DNA from: Candidatus Eiseniibacteriota bacterium
GTDB taxonomy: Bacteria; Eisenbacteria; RBG-16-71-46
Assembly: GCA_044223005.1 (NCBI GenBank)
Contig: JBGAML010000003.1
Span: forward strand, 96,001 to 160,000
Reading direction: 5' to 3'
DNA: 64,000 nucleotides
Positions 10,192 through 20,590 of the stretch are shown one piece after another (the first letter of the stretch is position 1; every line of letters starts with the position of its first letter). Below the pieces are notes generated by a model. It worked only from the letters and a program-made list of their open reading frames with translations, did not search any database and had not been told where the DNA came from. The position numbers and the translations under genes are program-made.

Positions 10192-11064
10192 ATGAGCGCC
10201 GTCGCGCTCGCGCTGGTGCTCGCGTCGGCGGTCGTGCACGCCGTCTGGAACCTGTGGGCGAAGCAGCTGCCGCACGGGCGGCGGGACGGCACGCTGATGT
10301 GGATGCTCACCGCGATCTCGGCCGTCGCGTACGCGCCCGTGGCCGCGTGGGTGATCGTGCGCACCGGCTGGCGGCCGGATGCGCGCGCGCTCGCGGTGGT
10401 CGCCACGTCGGGCGTGATCCACGTCGCCTACTTCCTGCTGCTGCTGCGCGGCTATCGCTCGGGCGATCTCTCGCTCGTCTACCCGGTCGCGCGCGGCACC
10501 GGACCGCTGCTCGCCTCGCTCGCCGCGATCCCGCTCCTCGGCGAGACGCCGACGCCGCTCTCGCTCGCGGGACTGGTGCTGATCGTCACCGGCATCCTGG
10601 TGCTGACGCTGCGGCCCGCGGGCGAGGATGCGCGCCGCGGCGTGGCGCTGCGCTACGGGCTCGCCGTGGGCGTGCTGATCGCGACCTACACGCTCTGGGA
10701 CGGTTGGAGCGTCCAGCGCGTCCTCGTGCACCCGATCGTCTTCTACTGGGGTGGCGAGGTGACGCGCGTCCTGCTGTTCACGCCCGCAGCGCTTTCCGAC
10801 CGCGAGGGCGTCAGCGCGCTCTGGCGCGACCAGCGCCACCGCGTGCTGGGCATCGCGCTGCTGTCGCCGCTTTCGTACATGCTCGTATTGCTCGCCATGC
10901 GGATCGGCGCGATCAGCCACATCGCCCCCGCGCGCGAGATCGGGATCCTCGTCGGCGCGTGGCTCGGCGGGCGCGTACTGGGCGAGGGCGAGCGGCACCG
11001 CCGGCTGCTCGCCTCGGCGGCGTTCGCCGCGGGCGTGCTGGCGCTGGCGTTCGCGAAGCACTGA
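10192..11064 (+). CDS. EamA/DMT family transporter
   Basis: About 10 TM segments; 'HAVWN', 'GDLSLVYPVARGTGP', 'PAREIGIL'. Confidence 0.85.
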   Translation: MSAVALALVLASAVVHAVWNLWAKQLPHGRRDGTLMWMLTAISAVAYAPVAAWVIVRTGWRPDARALAVVATSGVIHVAYFLLLLRGYRSGDLSLVYPVARGTGPLLASLAAIPLLGETPTPLSLAGLVLIVTGILVLTLRPAGEDARRGVALRYGLAVGVLIATYTLWDGWSVQRVLVHPIVFYWGGEVTRVLLFTPAALSDREGVSALWRDQRHRVLGIALLSPLSYMLVLLAMRIGAISHIAPAREIGILVGAWLGGRVLGEGERHRRLLASAAFAAGVLALAFAKH

Positions 11065-11076
11065 CGCGACGACGCG

Positions 11077-11109
11077 CGCGGGGCGCGCCCGGTGTGGGCG
11101 CGCCCCGCG
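11077..11109. terminator. Hairpin between convergent genes
   Basis: CGCGGGGCGCGCCC-GGTGT-GGGCGCGCCCCGCG. Confidence 0.5.
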
Positions 11110-11133
11110 TCGTTTCCCGGATTCCGTACGCGT

Positions 11134-12804
11134 CTAGCGGACGATCACCAGCGAACGCGACTGGCGGAAGTCCTTCGTGCGCAGCTGGACGTGGTAGAGA
11201 CCGGGCGCGAGCCGGCGGCCCCACGCGTCGGTGGCGTTCCACTGCACCACGTGCGGGCCCGCGGCGATCGTGCCCTCGGCGAGGCGCGTGACCTCGCGGC
11301 CGACGATGTCGTAGACGCACAGCGTCCCCGGCGAGTCCTGCGCGAGGCTGAACGCGATCGCCGTGCCGCTGGAGGTCGGATTCGGGGCGGCGGGCATCAG
11401 CACGTTGTTGGTCATGGTCTGGCCGACGCTCGCGGCGCCGCCGAACCAGCCGATGTCGACGAACAGCTGCTGCGTCAGGTCGACGCTGTTGTGCAGGCCC
11501 GTCGTGATCGCCGGCTCCATCAGCAGGCTGGGTTCGGCGGACGTGTCGAAGTGCGACACCGAAGAACCGCCCTGGTACGGGTTCGGCGCGTACATCATGG
11601 CGCGCCCGTTGCCGTCGGCGCCCGCGCGCAGGCTCGGGTCGACGAGCAGCGTCGCCGTGACGCCGGACGCGAGCGCTGCCTTGAGCAGCACTCCGTCGGC
11701 CTGCGTGATGCGCACCGAGGGAATCGTGATCGTGGCGTCGCTGCCGCCCATGCCGGCCGGCGGGCAGCCGGCAAGCGTGTCCGCGACGATCGCGCCGATC
11801 GCGCCGGCGAGCTGCGCGTTCTTCACCTTGGTCGTGAAGCCGCACGTGCCGCGGTCGATGAACGCGATCTTGCCCGAGAGGTTGTTCAGGAACGTCTCGC
11901 AGCCGTTGGTCGGGTTGCCGAAGTTGTCGTTCGCGAGCACGACCTGGCCCGTCACGCCCACGGAGTTGAGCGCGGCGCCGAACGTCGCCGTGCCGACCTC
12001 GTAGTCGCCGGCGACGCCGGCCGGAGCCGTGACGCGCAGCACGGGCTTGGTACCGAGCACCGTGGGCAGCTTGCTGCGCACCGACATGCCGTCCCACGCG
12101 AGCTTGTTGCACGAGATCGCGGAGGCGGCGCGCTGCGCGTCGGACTCCGAGTCCCAGTGCAGCCCGGTCGCGCGGTCGAGCAGGTAGTGGTCCCAGAGCG
12201 ACGGGAAGCCGCCGCTCTGCGCGCCGCTCGAGCCGTTCGTGATGGTCGAGAAGCCCAGGCCGTGGCCGAGCTCGTGGATCACGACGGGCAGCAGCTCGAT
12301 CTGCGAGCCTTCGTTGCCGTCGAGGCCGTAGTACCAGCCCACCGTGAGGCAGGTCGCGGAGCCGACCGACGAGTTGAACTGCGCGTTGATGTCCGGGCTC
12401 GCGCCACCGTCGAGGTCGCTGTTCGCGAGCTTGTTGGCGAGCGCGACGTGATACCACGTGCCGGTCCAGATCGCGTTCGGGAAGTCGCGGTAGTAGGTGG
12501 AGGCGCCCGCGCTGCCGAGCACGCCGGAGGTGGCCGAGCACGAGAGCGGGTTGAACTGGGCGTTCACCTTGACCTCGATGTTGTCCGGCAGGATCGCGCC
12601 CCAGAGATTGGCCGCGGTCTGGAACACGATCAGCCGCTGCTGGCCGACCGTCGTGCCGGAGTTGCCGCCGACCGCCGGGACGACGGTGGGATCGTTGAAG
12701 CCTTCACCGGCGGCGTCGGCGTTCACGATCGTGATGGTGGCGGCGTGGGCGAGCGGCGCGGCGAGCAGCGCGGCGGCGAAGGCGAGTGCGAGAGGGCGGC
12801 GCAT
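11134..12804 (-). CDS. Secreted zinc metallopeptidase with PA domain and C-terminal FlgD/Ig-like domain
   Basis: Signal peptide; HELGHGLGF (HExxH); PA domain 'KIAFIDRGTCGFTTKVKNAQLAGA'; 'GSSVSHFD...LLMEP'; C-terminal 'APNP...GLY'. Confidence 0.85.
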   Translation of the reverse strand: MRRPLALAFAAALLAAPLAHAATITIVNADAAGEGFNDPTVVPAVGGNSGTTVGQQRLIVFQTAANLWGAILPDNIEVKVNAQFNPLSCSATSGVLGSAGASTYYRDFPNAIWTGTWYHVALANKLANSDLDGGASPDINAQFNSSVGSATCLTVGWYYGLDGNEGSQIELLPVVIHELGHGLGFSTITNGSSGAQSGGFPSLWDHYLLDRATGLHWDSESDAQRAASAISCNKLAWDGMSVRSKLPTVLGTKPVLRVTAPAGVAGDYEVGTATFGAALNSVGVTGQVVLANDNFGNPTNGCETFLNNLSGKIAFIDRGTCGFTTKVKNAQLAGAIGAIVADTLAGCPPAGMGGSDATITIPSVRITQADGVLLKAALASGVTATLLVDPSLRAGADGNGRAMMYAPNPYQGGSSVSHFDTSAEPSLLMEPAITTGLHNSVDLTQQLFVDIGWFGGAASVGQTMTNNVLMPAAPNPTSSGTAIAFSLAQDSPGTLCVYDIVGREVTRLAEGTIAAGPHVVQWNATDAWGRRLAPGLYHVQLRTKDFRQSRSLVIVR

Positions 12805-12805
12805 G

Positions 12806-13186
12806 TCAGCGCTCCTCCAGCGCCGGCGCCGCGGGTTCCTGCGGTGCCGTGAGGATCGCACGCAGCGCGTCGGCGTCCTCGACGCAGCGGAACACGATGC
12901 GGCCGTCGGCGGCGATGCTCGCGGTCGCGAAGTCCTGGAAGCGGCCCTGCGCGTCGAAGCCGACGGCGCCGTTGGGAAGCAGCACCATCACGAGCCCTTC
13001 CATGGAACGGCTCACGGCGTTGATCTCCGCCGCCGAGAGCGGCGGCAGGCCGGGCCGGCTCATCGACGCCGGCGCGACGGTCGCGACGTCGGTCGCGGTC
13101 GCGGTGTGGACCTGCGCCGCGGCAGGCGCGGCGATCGCCACCGTCGCCAGCAGCGCGGCGAGGGCGGACAGCGAGATTCGGGACAT
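12806..13186 (-). CDS. Small secreted protein (resembles the post-PEP-CTERM-1-type domain)
   Basis: GGAG SD; signal peptide; 'SRSMEGL...PNGAVGFDAQGRFQ...DGRIVFRC'; ends 1 nt before the peptidase start. Confidence 0.65.
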   Translation of the reverse strand: MSRISLSALAALLATVAIAAPAAAQVHTATATDVATVAPASMSRPGLPPLSAAEINAVSRSMEGLVMVLLPNGAVGFDAQGRFQDFATASIAADGRIVFRCVEDADALRAILTAPQEPAAPALEER

Positions 13187-13443
13187 GAGCGCGTCTCCCC
13201 GGGAACGTCGATGGGGCGGGAGTCGCGCCGGCGGGAGTCGCCGGCGATGCCTTCCGCCGGAAGCGCCCCCCTGCAATGCAAGAATCGTCCACAACGACTT
13301 GCGCGCAGCGATGGGCACTTTGGCCCGCGAATCGCGAGTCGCGCGCTGCATTCCGCACGATTCCCCTTGCGACTCGCGGCTCGGGGTCCGAGGCTGGCCG
13401 GCGATCGTCGTTCGACCCGAGACCCGCAGTCCGGAGGCATCCC

Positions 13444-15402
13444 TTGGCGACCCAGGCCGTCCCCGAGACCCCACGCACTCCCGAAGAGATCGAGCGTCAC
13501 TGGTTCGAGAACGTCTATGCGGGCGACCGCATGCCGCAGCTCACCAAGCGTGCGCTGGTGATGGGCATGCTGCTCGGCATGCTGATGGCGTGCTCGAACG
13601 TCTACGTGGGCCTCAAGTCCGGCTGGGGCATGGGCGTCGCGATCACGTCGTGCATCATGGCGTGGTCGGCGTTCGCGATCCTGCACGCGCTGATGCCGAA
13701 GCTCTTCCCCCCGTACAGCGTGCTCGAGAACAACGCCATGCAGTCGTGCGCGTCGGCGGCGGGCGTCATCACCGGCGCCGGGCTCGTCAACGCGATCCCG
13801 GCGCTGCTCATGCTGGCGCCGCAGATGCTCCCGACCAGTTTCGCCCAGCGCTGCCTCTGGCTGATCCCGTGGCTCGTCGTGGTGGGGTGGCTCGGCGTGT
13901 TCCTCGCCGTGCCCACCAAGCGCCAGCTCATCAACGTCGAGCAGCTGCCGTTCCCGAGCGGCACCGCGGCCGCGACGACGCTGAAGAGCCTGCACACCGC
14001 GGGCGAGGCCGCGGCGCGTCAGGCGCGCGCGCTCTTCTCGGCGCTCGGCGTGGGCGCGCTCATCACGTGGATGCGCGACGCCGACGCGCCGTGGATGGTC
14101 GCGAAGCCGTGGAGCTGGGCGCCGGACTGGTCGCCGATCAAGGGCCTCGTCGCGATCAAGGCCCTGCCGTGGCTGCGCTACCCGCGCGTCGAGTCCACGT
14201 GGGGCACGAGCTGGATCAAGCTCGGCACGTACAAGGACCAGGTGCTCGGCCTGAACCAGGTGACCATGTCGCTCGAGGGCTCGCTGCTGTTCATCGCGGC
14301 GGGCGCGATCATCTCGTTCCGGCAGGCGTGGAGCATGATGCTGGGCGCGATCATCAACTATGTGGTGCTGGCGCCGATCTTCCTGCGCGCGGGCGACATC
14401 TCGAGCCCATCGTTCCGCAACATCTCGCGCTGGAGCCTCTGGACCGGCGTTCCCATGATGGTGACCTCGGGCCTGCTGCTCTTCTTCATGAACTGGCGCA
14501 GCGTGGTGCGCGCGTTCAGCACGATCGGCACGCTCATGCAGAAGCGCGAGGGCGGGGCCGAAGATCCCATGGACCGGATCGAGGTGCCGGGCACGTGGTT
14601 CATCACCGGCTACGTGCTGCTGGGCACCGCGGCGATCGTGCTCGGGCACGCGCTGTTCCACATCCAGTGGTGGATGGGGCTCATCGCGGTGCTCGCCACG
14701 TTCCTGCTGGTCGTGGTCGCGGCGCGCGCGACGGGCGAGACCGACGTGACGCCGGTCGGGCCGCTCTCCAAGATCACGCAGCTCACGTTCGGCGTGATCG
14801 CGCCCGGCAACGTGCCGGTGAACCTCATGACCGCGAACATCACCGCGGGCGCCGTGAACAGCGCGGGCGACCTGCTCACCGACCTGAAGAGCGGCTACCT
14901 GCTCGGCGCGAACCCCCGGCAGCAGTTCTTCGCGCAGTTCTTCGGCGTGCTCGCGGGCGCGGCGGTCGTGATCCCGGTCTTCTTCATCCTGATCCCCGAC
15001 GTCTCCATGCTCGGCACCGAGAAGTGGCCCGCGCCCGCGGCGCTGGTGTGGCGCGGCGTCGCCGAGCTGCTCGCCAAGGGCCCCGAGTCGCTGCCGGTCT
15101 CCGCGCGCTTCGGCCTCGTGATCGGTGGCGTGCTCGGGGTCGTGCTCACGCTGCTCGAAAAGTGGTTCCCCAAGCACCGGAACTTCATCCCGTCACCGAC
15201 CGGCCTCGGGCTCGCGTTCACGATCAACGGCTTCAACACGATCTCGATGTTCCTCGGCGCGACGCTCGCGATGCTGTTCGCGAAGTGGAAGCCGAAGACG
15301 GCCGAGGAGTACGTGGTGCCCGTGTCGTCCGGGATCATCGCGGGCGAGAGCCTGATGGGCGTGGCGATCGCGTTCCTGGGGGCGCTGCACATCCTCAACT
15401 AG
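13444..15402 (+). CDS. OPT family oligopeptide transporter (copy 1)
   Basis: GGAGG SD + TTG; 'NVYVGLKSG', 'LENN', 'LPFPSGTA', 'DLLTDLKSGYLLGANPR', 'SGIIAGES'. Confidence 0.9.
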   Translation: MATQAVPETPRTPEEIERHWFENVYAGDRMPQLTKRALVMGMLLGMLMACSNVYVGLKSGWGMGVAITSCIMAWSAFAILHALMPKLFPPYSVLENNAMQSCASAAGVITGAGLVNAIPALLMLAPQMLPTSFAQRCLWLIPWLVVVGWLGVFLAVPTKRQLINVEQLPFPSGTAAATTLKSLHTAGEAAARQARALFSALGVGALITWMRDADAPWMVAKPWSWAPDWSPIKGLVAIKALPWLRYPRVESTWGTSWIKLGTYKDQVLGLNQVTMSLEGSLLFIAAGAIISFRQAWSMMLGAIINYVVLAPIFLRAGDISSPSFRNISRWSLWTGVPMMVTSGLLLFFMNWRSVVRAFSTIGTLMQKREGGAEDPMDRIEVPGTWFITGYVLLGTAAIVLGHALFHIQWWMGLIAVLATFLLVVVAARATGETDVTPVGPLSKITQLTFGVIAPGNVPVNLMTANITAGAVNSAGDLLTDLKSGYLLGANPRQQFFAQFFGVLAGAAVVIPVFFILIPDVSMLGTEKWPAPAALVWRGVAELLAKGPESLPVSARFGLVIGGVLGVVLTLLEKWFPKHRNFIPSPTGLGLAFTINGFNTISMFLGATLAMLFAKWKPKTAEEYVVPVSSGIIAGESLMGVAIAFLGALHILN

Positions 15403-15480
15403 CGCCCACGGGGGCTTGGAGTCGCGGCCCGATCGGTGGCACCCTGCGGGCCGCGATCGTCCATCCCACCGGAGGCAGGC

Positions 15481-16257
15481 ATGTCGCTCGTCGAGATCGA
15501 ACGCAGGGGACCCGTCGCCCACGTCTGGCTCAACCGTCCCGAGGCGCACAACGCGCTGAACGCCGAGCTGGGTGACGCCCTCGTCGCGGCGCTCGCGTCA
15601 CTGCGTGACGACGCTGGCGCGCGCGTCGTCGTGCTGGGCGGGCGCGGACCGAGCTTCTGCGCCGGCGCCGACATCGGCGCCATGCGGACGAGCGCGAACG
15701 CGTCGTTCGAGCAGAACCTCGCCGAGGCCGAACGCCTGGGCGGGATGTTCGCCGCGGTCGCCGACTTCCCACGCCCGGTCGTCGGGCGCGTGCACGGCGG
15801 CGTCTACGGCGGCGGTGTCGGATTCGCGTGCGCGTGCGACATCACCGTCGCCTCCGAAGACGCGAAGTTCGGGCTCACCGAGGCGCGGCTCGGGATCGTG
15901 CCCGGGCTGATCTCGCCGTGGGTGATCCGCCGGATCGGCGATCGCCACGCGCGCGAGCTGATGCTGACGGGCGAGCGATTCGGCGCTGACACCGCGTTGC
16001 GCGTCGGGCTCGTGCACCACGTCGTGCCGGCCGCGGAACTCGACGCGAAGGTCGACGAGCGCGTGGGCGAGCTCCTGAAGAGCGGCCCGCTCGCGCAGGG
16101 CCGCATCAAGCAGCTGCTCGCGCAGTGGGGCGACGCCGGCTGGGCGGAGTACCGCGCCGGCCTGCCGCGCGCGCTCGCCGAGGTGCGCGCCGGCGACGAG
16201 GCGAAGGACGGCCTTGCCGCGTTCTTCGAGAAGCGCAAGCCGAAGTGGCAGGCCTGA
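15481..16257 (+). CDS. liuC: Enoyl-CoA hydratase, probably methylglutaconyl-CoA hydratase
   Basis: 'LNRPEAHNALN', 'FCAGADI', 'GGGVG', 'FGLTEARLGIVP'; adjacent to the biotin carboxylase gene. Confidence 0.8.
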   Translation: MSLVEIERRGPVAHVWLNRPEAHNALNAELGDALVAALASLRDDAGARVVVLGGRGPSFCAGADIGAMRTSANASFEQNLAEAERLGGMFAAVADFPRPVVGRVHGGVYGGGVGFACACDITVASEDAKFGLTEARLGIVPGLISPWVIRRIGDRHARELMLTGERFGADTALRVGLVHHVVPAAELDAKVDERVGELLKSGPLAQGRIKQLLAQWGDAGWAEYRAGLPRALAEVRAGDEAKDGLAAFFEKRKPKWQA

Positions 16258-16308
16258 CGCCGGCGGCCGTGGTTCCGCGCCGCCGTTTCGCGTAGTCTCC
16301 CGCCACCC

Positions 16309-17817
16309 ATGTTCCGCAAGGTCCTGATCGCCAACCGCGGCGAGATCGCGTGCCGGATCGCCGCGACGCTGCACGAGATGGGCATCCGCGCGGTCGCCGT
16401 CTACTCCGACGCCGACCGCGGGGCGCTCCACACGCGCGTCTGCGACGAGGCCCACCGCATCGGCCCGGCCGAAGCGCGTGCCTCGTACCTCGACGCCGCC
16501 GCGGTGATCGCGGCCGCGAAGGCGAGCGGCGCCGAGGCGATCCACCCGGGCTTCGGCTTCCTGGCCGAGAACGCCGACTTCGCCGCCGCGGTCGAGGCCG
16601 CCGGGCTCGTGTTCGTCGGGCCCACGGCGGACCAGATCCGCGCCATGGGCGACAAGCGCGCCGCGCGCGGGATCGCCGCGAAGGCCGGCGTGCCGATCGT
16701 GCCCGGCGCCGAGGGCGACGACGCCGATGCGCTCGCGAAGGCCGCGAAGTCGATCGGCTACCCGGTCATGGTGAAGGCCGCGCTGGGCGGCGGCGGCAAG
16801 GGCATGCGCGCCGTGAACGGCGAGGCCGAGCTGCGCGAGGCCGTCGAATCCGCGCAGCGGCTCGCGCGCTCGGCGTTCGGCGATGCGTCGGTGTTCCTCG
16901 AGAAGCGGCTGGTGCACGCGCGCCACATCGAGGTGCAGGTGCTGGGCGACGGCCACGGCCACGCGGTGCACCTGTTCGAGCGCGAGTGCTCGCTGCAGCG
17001 CCGGCACCAGAAGGTGGTCGAGGAGGCGCCCTCCCCGTCGATCTCGGAAGCGGAGCGCGAGCGCATGACCGCGGCCGCCGTACGGCTGGCCGAGGCCGTG
17101 AGCTACCGCGGCGCCGGGACGATCGAGATGCTGCGAGCCGAGGACGGCGCGTTCTACTTCCTCGAGATGAACACGCGCCTCCAGGTCGAGCACCCGGTCA
17201 CGGAGTTCATCACCGGCATCGACCTCGTGCGCGCCCAGCTGCACGTCGCGGTCACGGGCACGCTGCCGTTCAACCAGTCCGAGATCCGCCGTCACGGCCA
17301 CGCGATCGAGGCGCGGCTCTACGCCGAAGACGCCGCGCGCGGGTTCCTGCCGCAGGCGGGCACCGCGCTGCGCGTGCGCTGGCCGCACGGGCCCTTCACG
17401 CGCGTCGATCGCGGCATCGAGGCGGGCGACGAGGTCACGGTGCACTACGACCCGATGCTCGCGAAGGTGATCGCGTTCGGCAGCACGCGCGACGCCGCGC
17501 TCGCGCGGCTCGCGGGCGCGCTCGACCCGATGCGCGTGCACGGCGTGGTGACCAACCTGCCGTTCCTGCGCGCGCTGCTGCGCTCGCCCGACGTGGCCGC
17601 AGGCCGCTTCGACACCGAGTGGATCGAGCGCGAGTTCCTCGCCGGCTTCGAGTCGGCCGTGCAGGCGCCGGCGCCCGATCTCGCGCTCGCGGCCGCGGCG
17701 ATCGCCGAGGCCATGGGCCTCGACGTCACGCGCGGCCCGGCCGGGCACGCCGCCGAGCCCGAGGCGCGCGATCCGTTCGCGACGCTGGGCCCCTGGCGGC
17801 AGGGAGGCCTCGCGTGA
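16309..17817 (+). CDS. Biotin carboxylase subunit (acyl-CoA/MCC alpha N-terminal part)
   Basis: 'KVLIANRGEIACR', 'GGGGKGMR', 'ECSLQRRHQK', 'EMNTRLQVEHPVTE'; no biotinyl domain. Confidence 0.9.
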   Translation: MFRKVLIANRGEIACRIAATLHEMGIRAVAVYSDADRGALHTRVCDEAHRIGPAEARASYLDAAAVIAAAKASGAEAIHPGFGFLAENADFAAAVEAAGLVFVGPTADQIRAMGDKRAARGIAAKAGVPIVPGAEGDDADALAKAAKSIGYPVMVKAALGGGGKGMRAVNGEAELREAVESAQRLARSAFGDASVFLEKRLVHARHIEVQVLGDGHGHAVHLFERECSLQRRHQKVVEEAPSPSISEAERERMTAAAVRLAEAVSYRGAGTIEMLRAEDGAFYFLEMNTRLQVEHPVTEFITGIDLVRAQLHVAVTGTLPFNQSEIRRHGHAIEARLYAEDAARGFLPQAGTALRVRWPHGPFTRVDRGIEAGDEVTVHYDPMLAKVIAFGSTRDAALARLAGALDPMRVHGVVTNLPFLRALLRSPDVAAGRFDTEWIEREFLAGFESAVQAPAPDLALAAAAIAEAMGLDVTRGPAGHAAEPEARDPFATLGPWRQGGLA

Positions 17818-18296
17818 GGTCGGCGTGGCGCGACGGCGACCGCGTCCGCGCGGTCGAGCTGACGCCGCTCGGCGGCGGGCGCTTCCAGGTGAGCGTCGAC
17901 GACGCGCCGCTCGAGGTGCACGCCGAGCCGCTGGACGGCGGCCGCATCCTGCTGCGCACCGCCGACGGCGATACGGTCGCCGAGGTCACCGCCGCGGGCG
18001 CGCGGCGGTTCGTGCGCGTCGGCACCCTGGAGTTCGTGCTCGACCGCGAGTCCACGCGCCGCGGCGGCGGTGCGGGCCCGCAGGCGGGCATGACCGCGCC
18101 CATGAACGGCGTCGTGACGCGCGTGCTCGTCGAGCCCGACGACGAAGTCACCAAGGGCCAGCCGCTGGTCGCGCTCGAGGCCATGAAGATGGAGCACGTC
18201 GTGCGCGCCCCGCGCGACGGGCGCGTGAAGGCCGTGCACGCCCGGACCGGCGAAATGGTGCAGGGCGGCACGGTTCTCGTGGAGCTGCACGAGTGA
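17814..18296 (+). CDS. Biotin carboxyl carrier subunit
   Basis: GGGAGG SD; GTGA overlap; 'EAMKMEH' biotinylation motif. Confidence 0.85.
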   Translation: MRSAWRDGDRVRAVELTPLGGGRFQVSVDDAPLEVHAEPLDGGRILLRTADGDTVAEVTAAGARRFVRVGTLEFVLDRESTRRGGGAGPQAGMTAPMNGVVTRVLVEPDDEVTKGQPLVALEAMKMEHVVRAPRDGRVKAVHARTGEMVQGGTVLVELHE

Positions 18297-19372
18297 GCGC
18301 GGGCGAGTCGCCGCGGCGGGGCGCGCAGGAGTCGGCGCGCACGGCGGCGTTCACGGTGCTGTTCGCGAGCGTCGCGTGGCTGCTCTGGCAATTGCGCGAG
18401 GTGCTGCTGCTCGTGGGCCTGTCGGCGCTGCTGGCGTTCGCGCTCGATCCTCTGGTCGCGCTGATCGAACGGATCCGCACGCCGTGGGGCGGCGTGCGCC
18501 GCGGTCTCGCGTCGGCGATCGTGATCGTGGCGTTGGTCGCGCTCGGCCTGTGGGCGCTCCTCACCGCGCTCCCGCATCTCGCGCGCGAACTCGCGCGCTT
18601 CATCGAGGGCGCGCCGGGCTCGCTCGAGCGGCTGCTCGCGGCGCTGCGCGAGTTCGCGACCGAGCGCGGCGCGGGCGCGTGGCTGGGGCCGCTGGGTGGC
18701 GACGAGCCCATGAGCGCGTCGGAACTGCTCCGCCGCTCCGGCGGCGCCATCCTCGCCGCGGTCGCGCGCGGCTTCGGCTCGCTCGGCCACGTGATCGGGC
18801 TCGCGCTGATCCCGATCCTCGCCTTCTGGCTGCTCGCGCAGCGCGAGGCGGTCGAGCACAGCACGCTCGAGTTCGTGCCCGAGGAGGCGCGGCCGCGCGT
18901 GCGCCAGGTGCTGGTCGCGATCGACCGCGCGCTGCGCAGTTACGTGCGCGGCCAGAGCATCGTCTGCGCCACCATGGGCGTGCTGGTCGGGCTCTCGCTC
19001 GCGGTGCTCGGCGTGCCGGTGCCCGCGCTGCTCGGCACGCTGGTCGCCGTCGCGGAGGTCGTGCCCATCCTCGGCTTCTGGACCGCGTCGCTCGCGATCG
19101 TGCTCGCCGGCTGGACGGCCTCGCCCGGGCAGGCGCTCGAAGGCTGGCTCGCCTACGTGGTCGTGAACCAGGCCACTTCGCTGCTCGTGACGCCGCGCGT
19201 GATGGGCCGGCACATGAAACTGCACCCGTTCGTCGTGATCGTCAGCATCCTCGCGGGCGGCGCGCTCATGGGCGCCGCGGGCGCCGTGCTCGCACTGCCG
19301 CTCGCCGCCGCCGTCCAGTCCGTCGTCTCGGAGTTCGCGCGCCGCCCCGAACCGGCGCGCTCGCAGGCGTGA
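18293..19372 (+). CDS. AI-2E family transporter
   Basis: 'LAFALDPLV', 'LRSYVRGQ', 'PRVMGRHMKLHP', 'LALPLAA'; GTGA overlap. Confidence 0.85.
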   Translation: MSAGESPRRGAQESARTAAFTVLFASVAWLLWQLREVLLLVGLSALLAFALDPLVALIERIRTPWGGVRRGLASAIVIVALVALGLWALLTALPHLARELARFIEGAPGSLERLLAALREFATERGAGAWLGPLGGDEPMSASELLRRSGGAILAAVARGFGSLGHVIGLALIPILAFWLLAQREAVEHSTLEFVPEEARPRVRQVLVAIDRALRSYVRGQSIVCATMGVLVGLSLAVLGVPVPALLGTLVAVAEVVPILGFWTASLAIVLAGWTASPGQALEGWLAYVVVNQATSLLVTPRVMGRHMKLHPFVVIVSILAGGALMGAAGAVLALPLAAAVQSVVSEFARRPEPARSQA

Positions 19373-19404
19373 GCGGCCACGTGCTGCCGCGCCGGGAGAT
19401 CGCC

Positions 19405-20229
19405 ATGTTGCGCAACGCCTCGTTCGCGGCGGCCGCCGCACTGCTCGCCGCGCTGCTCGGACTCGCCGGCTGCGGTTCCTCGAGCCATACGACCGCGCCC
19501 ACGCCGCCCGCGGGCAACACGCTCGCCGACCTGCGCGCCATGCTGGCGAGCACGGTCGTGCCCGGCACGGTGCTGCCGCCCAACGCGGACACCACCGCGA
19601 CGCTGCTCGCGACGATGGACGTCGACGGCCTGCGCGCGGCGTCGGCGACGTTCGTGGTCGGTGCGAGCCTCGCCCAGGCCGGCACGGTGAGCGTCGAGGG
19701 CAACTCGGGCGGCGGCGGTGGCGAGATCGACCTCGACCGGCTGACGGTCAACTACGGCGGCACGCAGTCCACGTACACGACGCTCGTGAGCCACCCGCTG
19801 GGCGTGAATCTCGCGTTCGACGGCTCGACGTTCCATCGCTTCACCGCCACCGGCTCCGCGACGGTCTCGGCGCTCGTGGACAGCATCCGCGCCGTCACGC
19901 TGCCCACGCTCGCGACCCCGGCGGCGAGCGCCGACGTGCCGCGCGCCTCGGACCTGGCCGTGACGTGGTCCGATGCCGGCACCGACACGACCGTCTACGT
20001 GATCGCCGCGGTCGGCTCGACGGTCGACAGCGCGAAGATCGCGCTCGGCGTGCTCGTGCGCGACGTCGCGGGCGCGACCAGCATCCCGGCGGCGCGCCTC
20101 GGGGCGCTGCCCGCCGGCAACGCCACGCTCGCCGTCACGCGCTACCGGCTCGCGTACCACACGCCGGGCGGCCGCAAGGTCGGGCTCGCGTGCATGGGAA
20201 CCCGGACGCGGGCGCTGACGCTGAACTGA
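19405..20229 (+). CDS. Hypothetical lipoprotein
   Basis: GGAG SD; lipobox LAGC after a hydrophobic stretch. Confidence 0.7.
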   Translation: MLRNASFAAAAALLAALLGLAGCGSSSHTTAPTPPAGNTLADLRAMLASTVVPGTVLPPNADTTATLLATMDVDGLRAASATFVVGASLAQAGTVSVEGNSGGGGGEIDLDRLTVNYGGTQSTYTTLVSHPLGVNLAFDGSTFHRFTATGSATVSALVDSIRAVTLPTLATPAASADVPRASDLAVTWSDAGTDTTVYVIAAVGSTVDSAKIALGVLVRDVAGATSIPAARLGALPAGNATLAVTRYRLAYHTPGGRKVGLACMGTRTRALTLN

Positions 20230-20590
20230 TCGGCCCGCCCGTAAGCGTGCCCGCTCGCAACGGCTTCCGGGCGCGGCGGCCGTCGCGCGCACATCAGGCT
20301 CAATCGCCGTGTTTCGGCGCCGATAATTCCCCACGTGGTACGAGTTCTCGTGCGTGGAAGCCGTTGCCCGGCGCAGGTCGCTCTGATACCGTTTCGGGCG
20401 TCGCGAAGTTGTTCGCGGCACCGAGACGCTGCACGGAGGCAAGCGTCCTTGAAGAACACCCCGGGGCACCCAGGGTTGCACGAGCACCTCGCTGTCACAG
20501 GCCCGGATTCACAGAAGCTCCCGACCCGGCCCGTCGCACAGGGCCGAGACGTTCGGGAGTTTTGTGTTTTCGGGGCAGGAGAGGATCCCA

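Noticed and set aside
5925..10406. Very long antisense or alternate-frame ORFs (e.g. 5925-10406 -, 48886-52014 -, 12786-15575 +)
   Set aside because: Arg/Gly/Ala-rich shadows of real genes, expected in high-GC DNA where stop codons are scarce.
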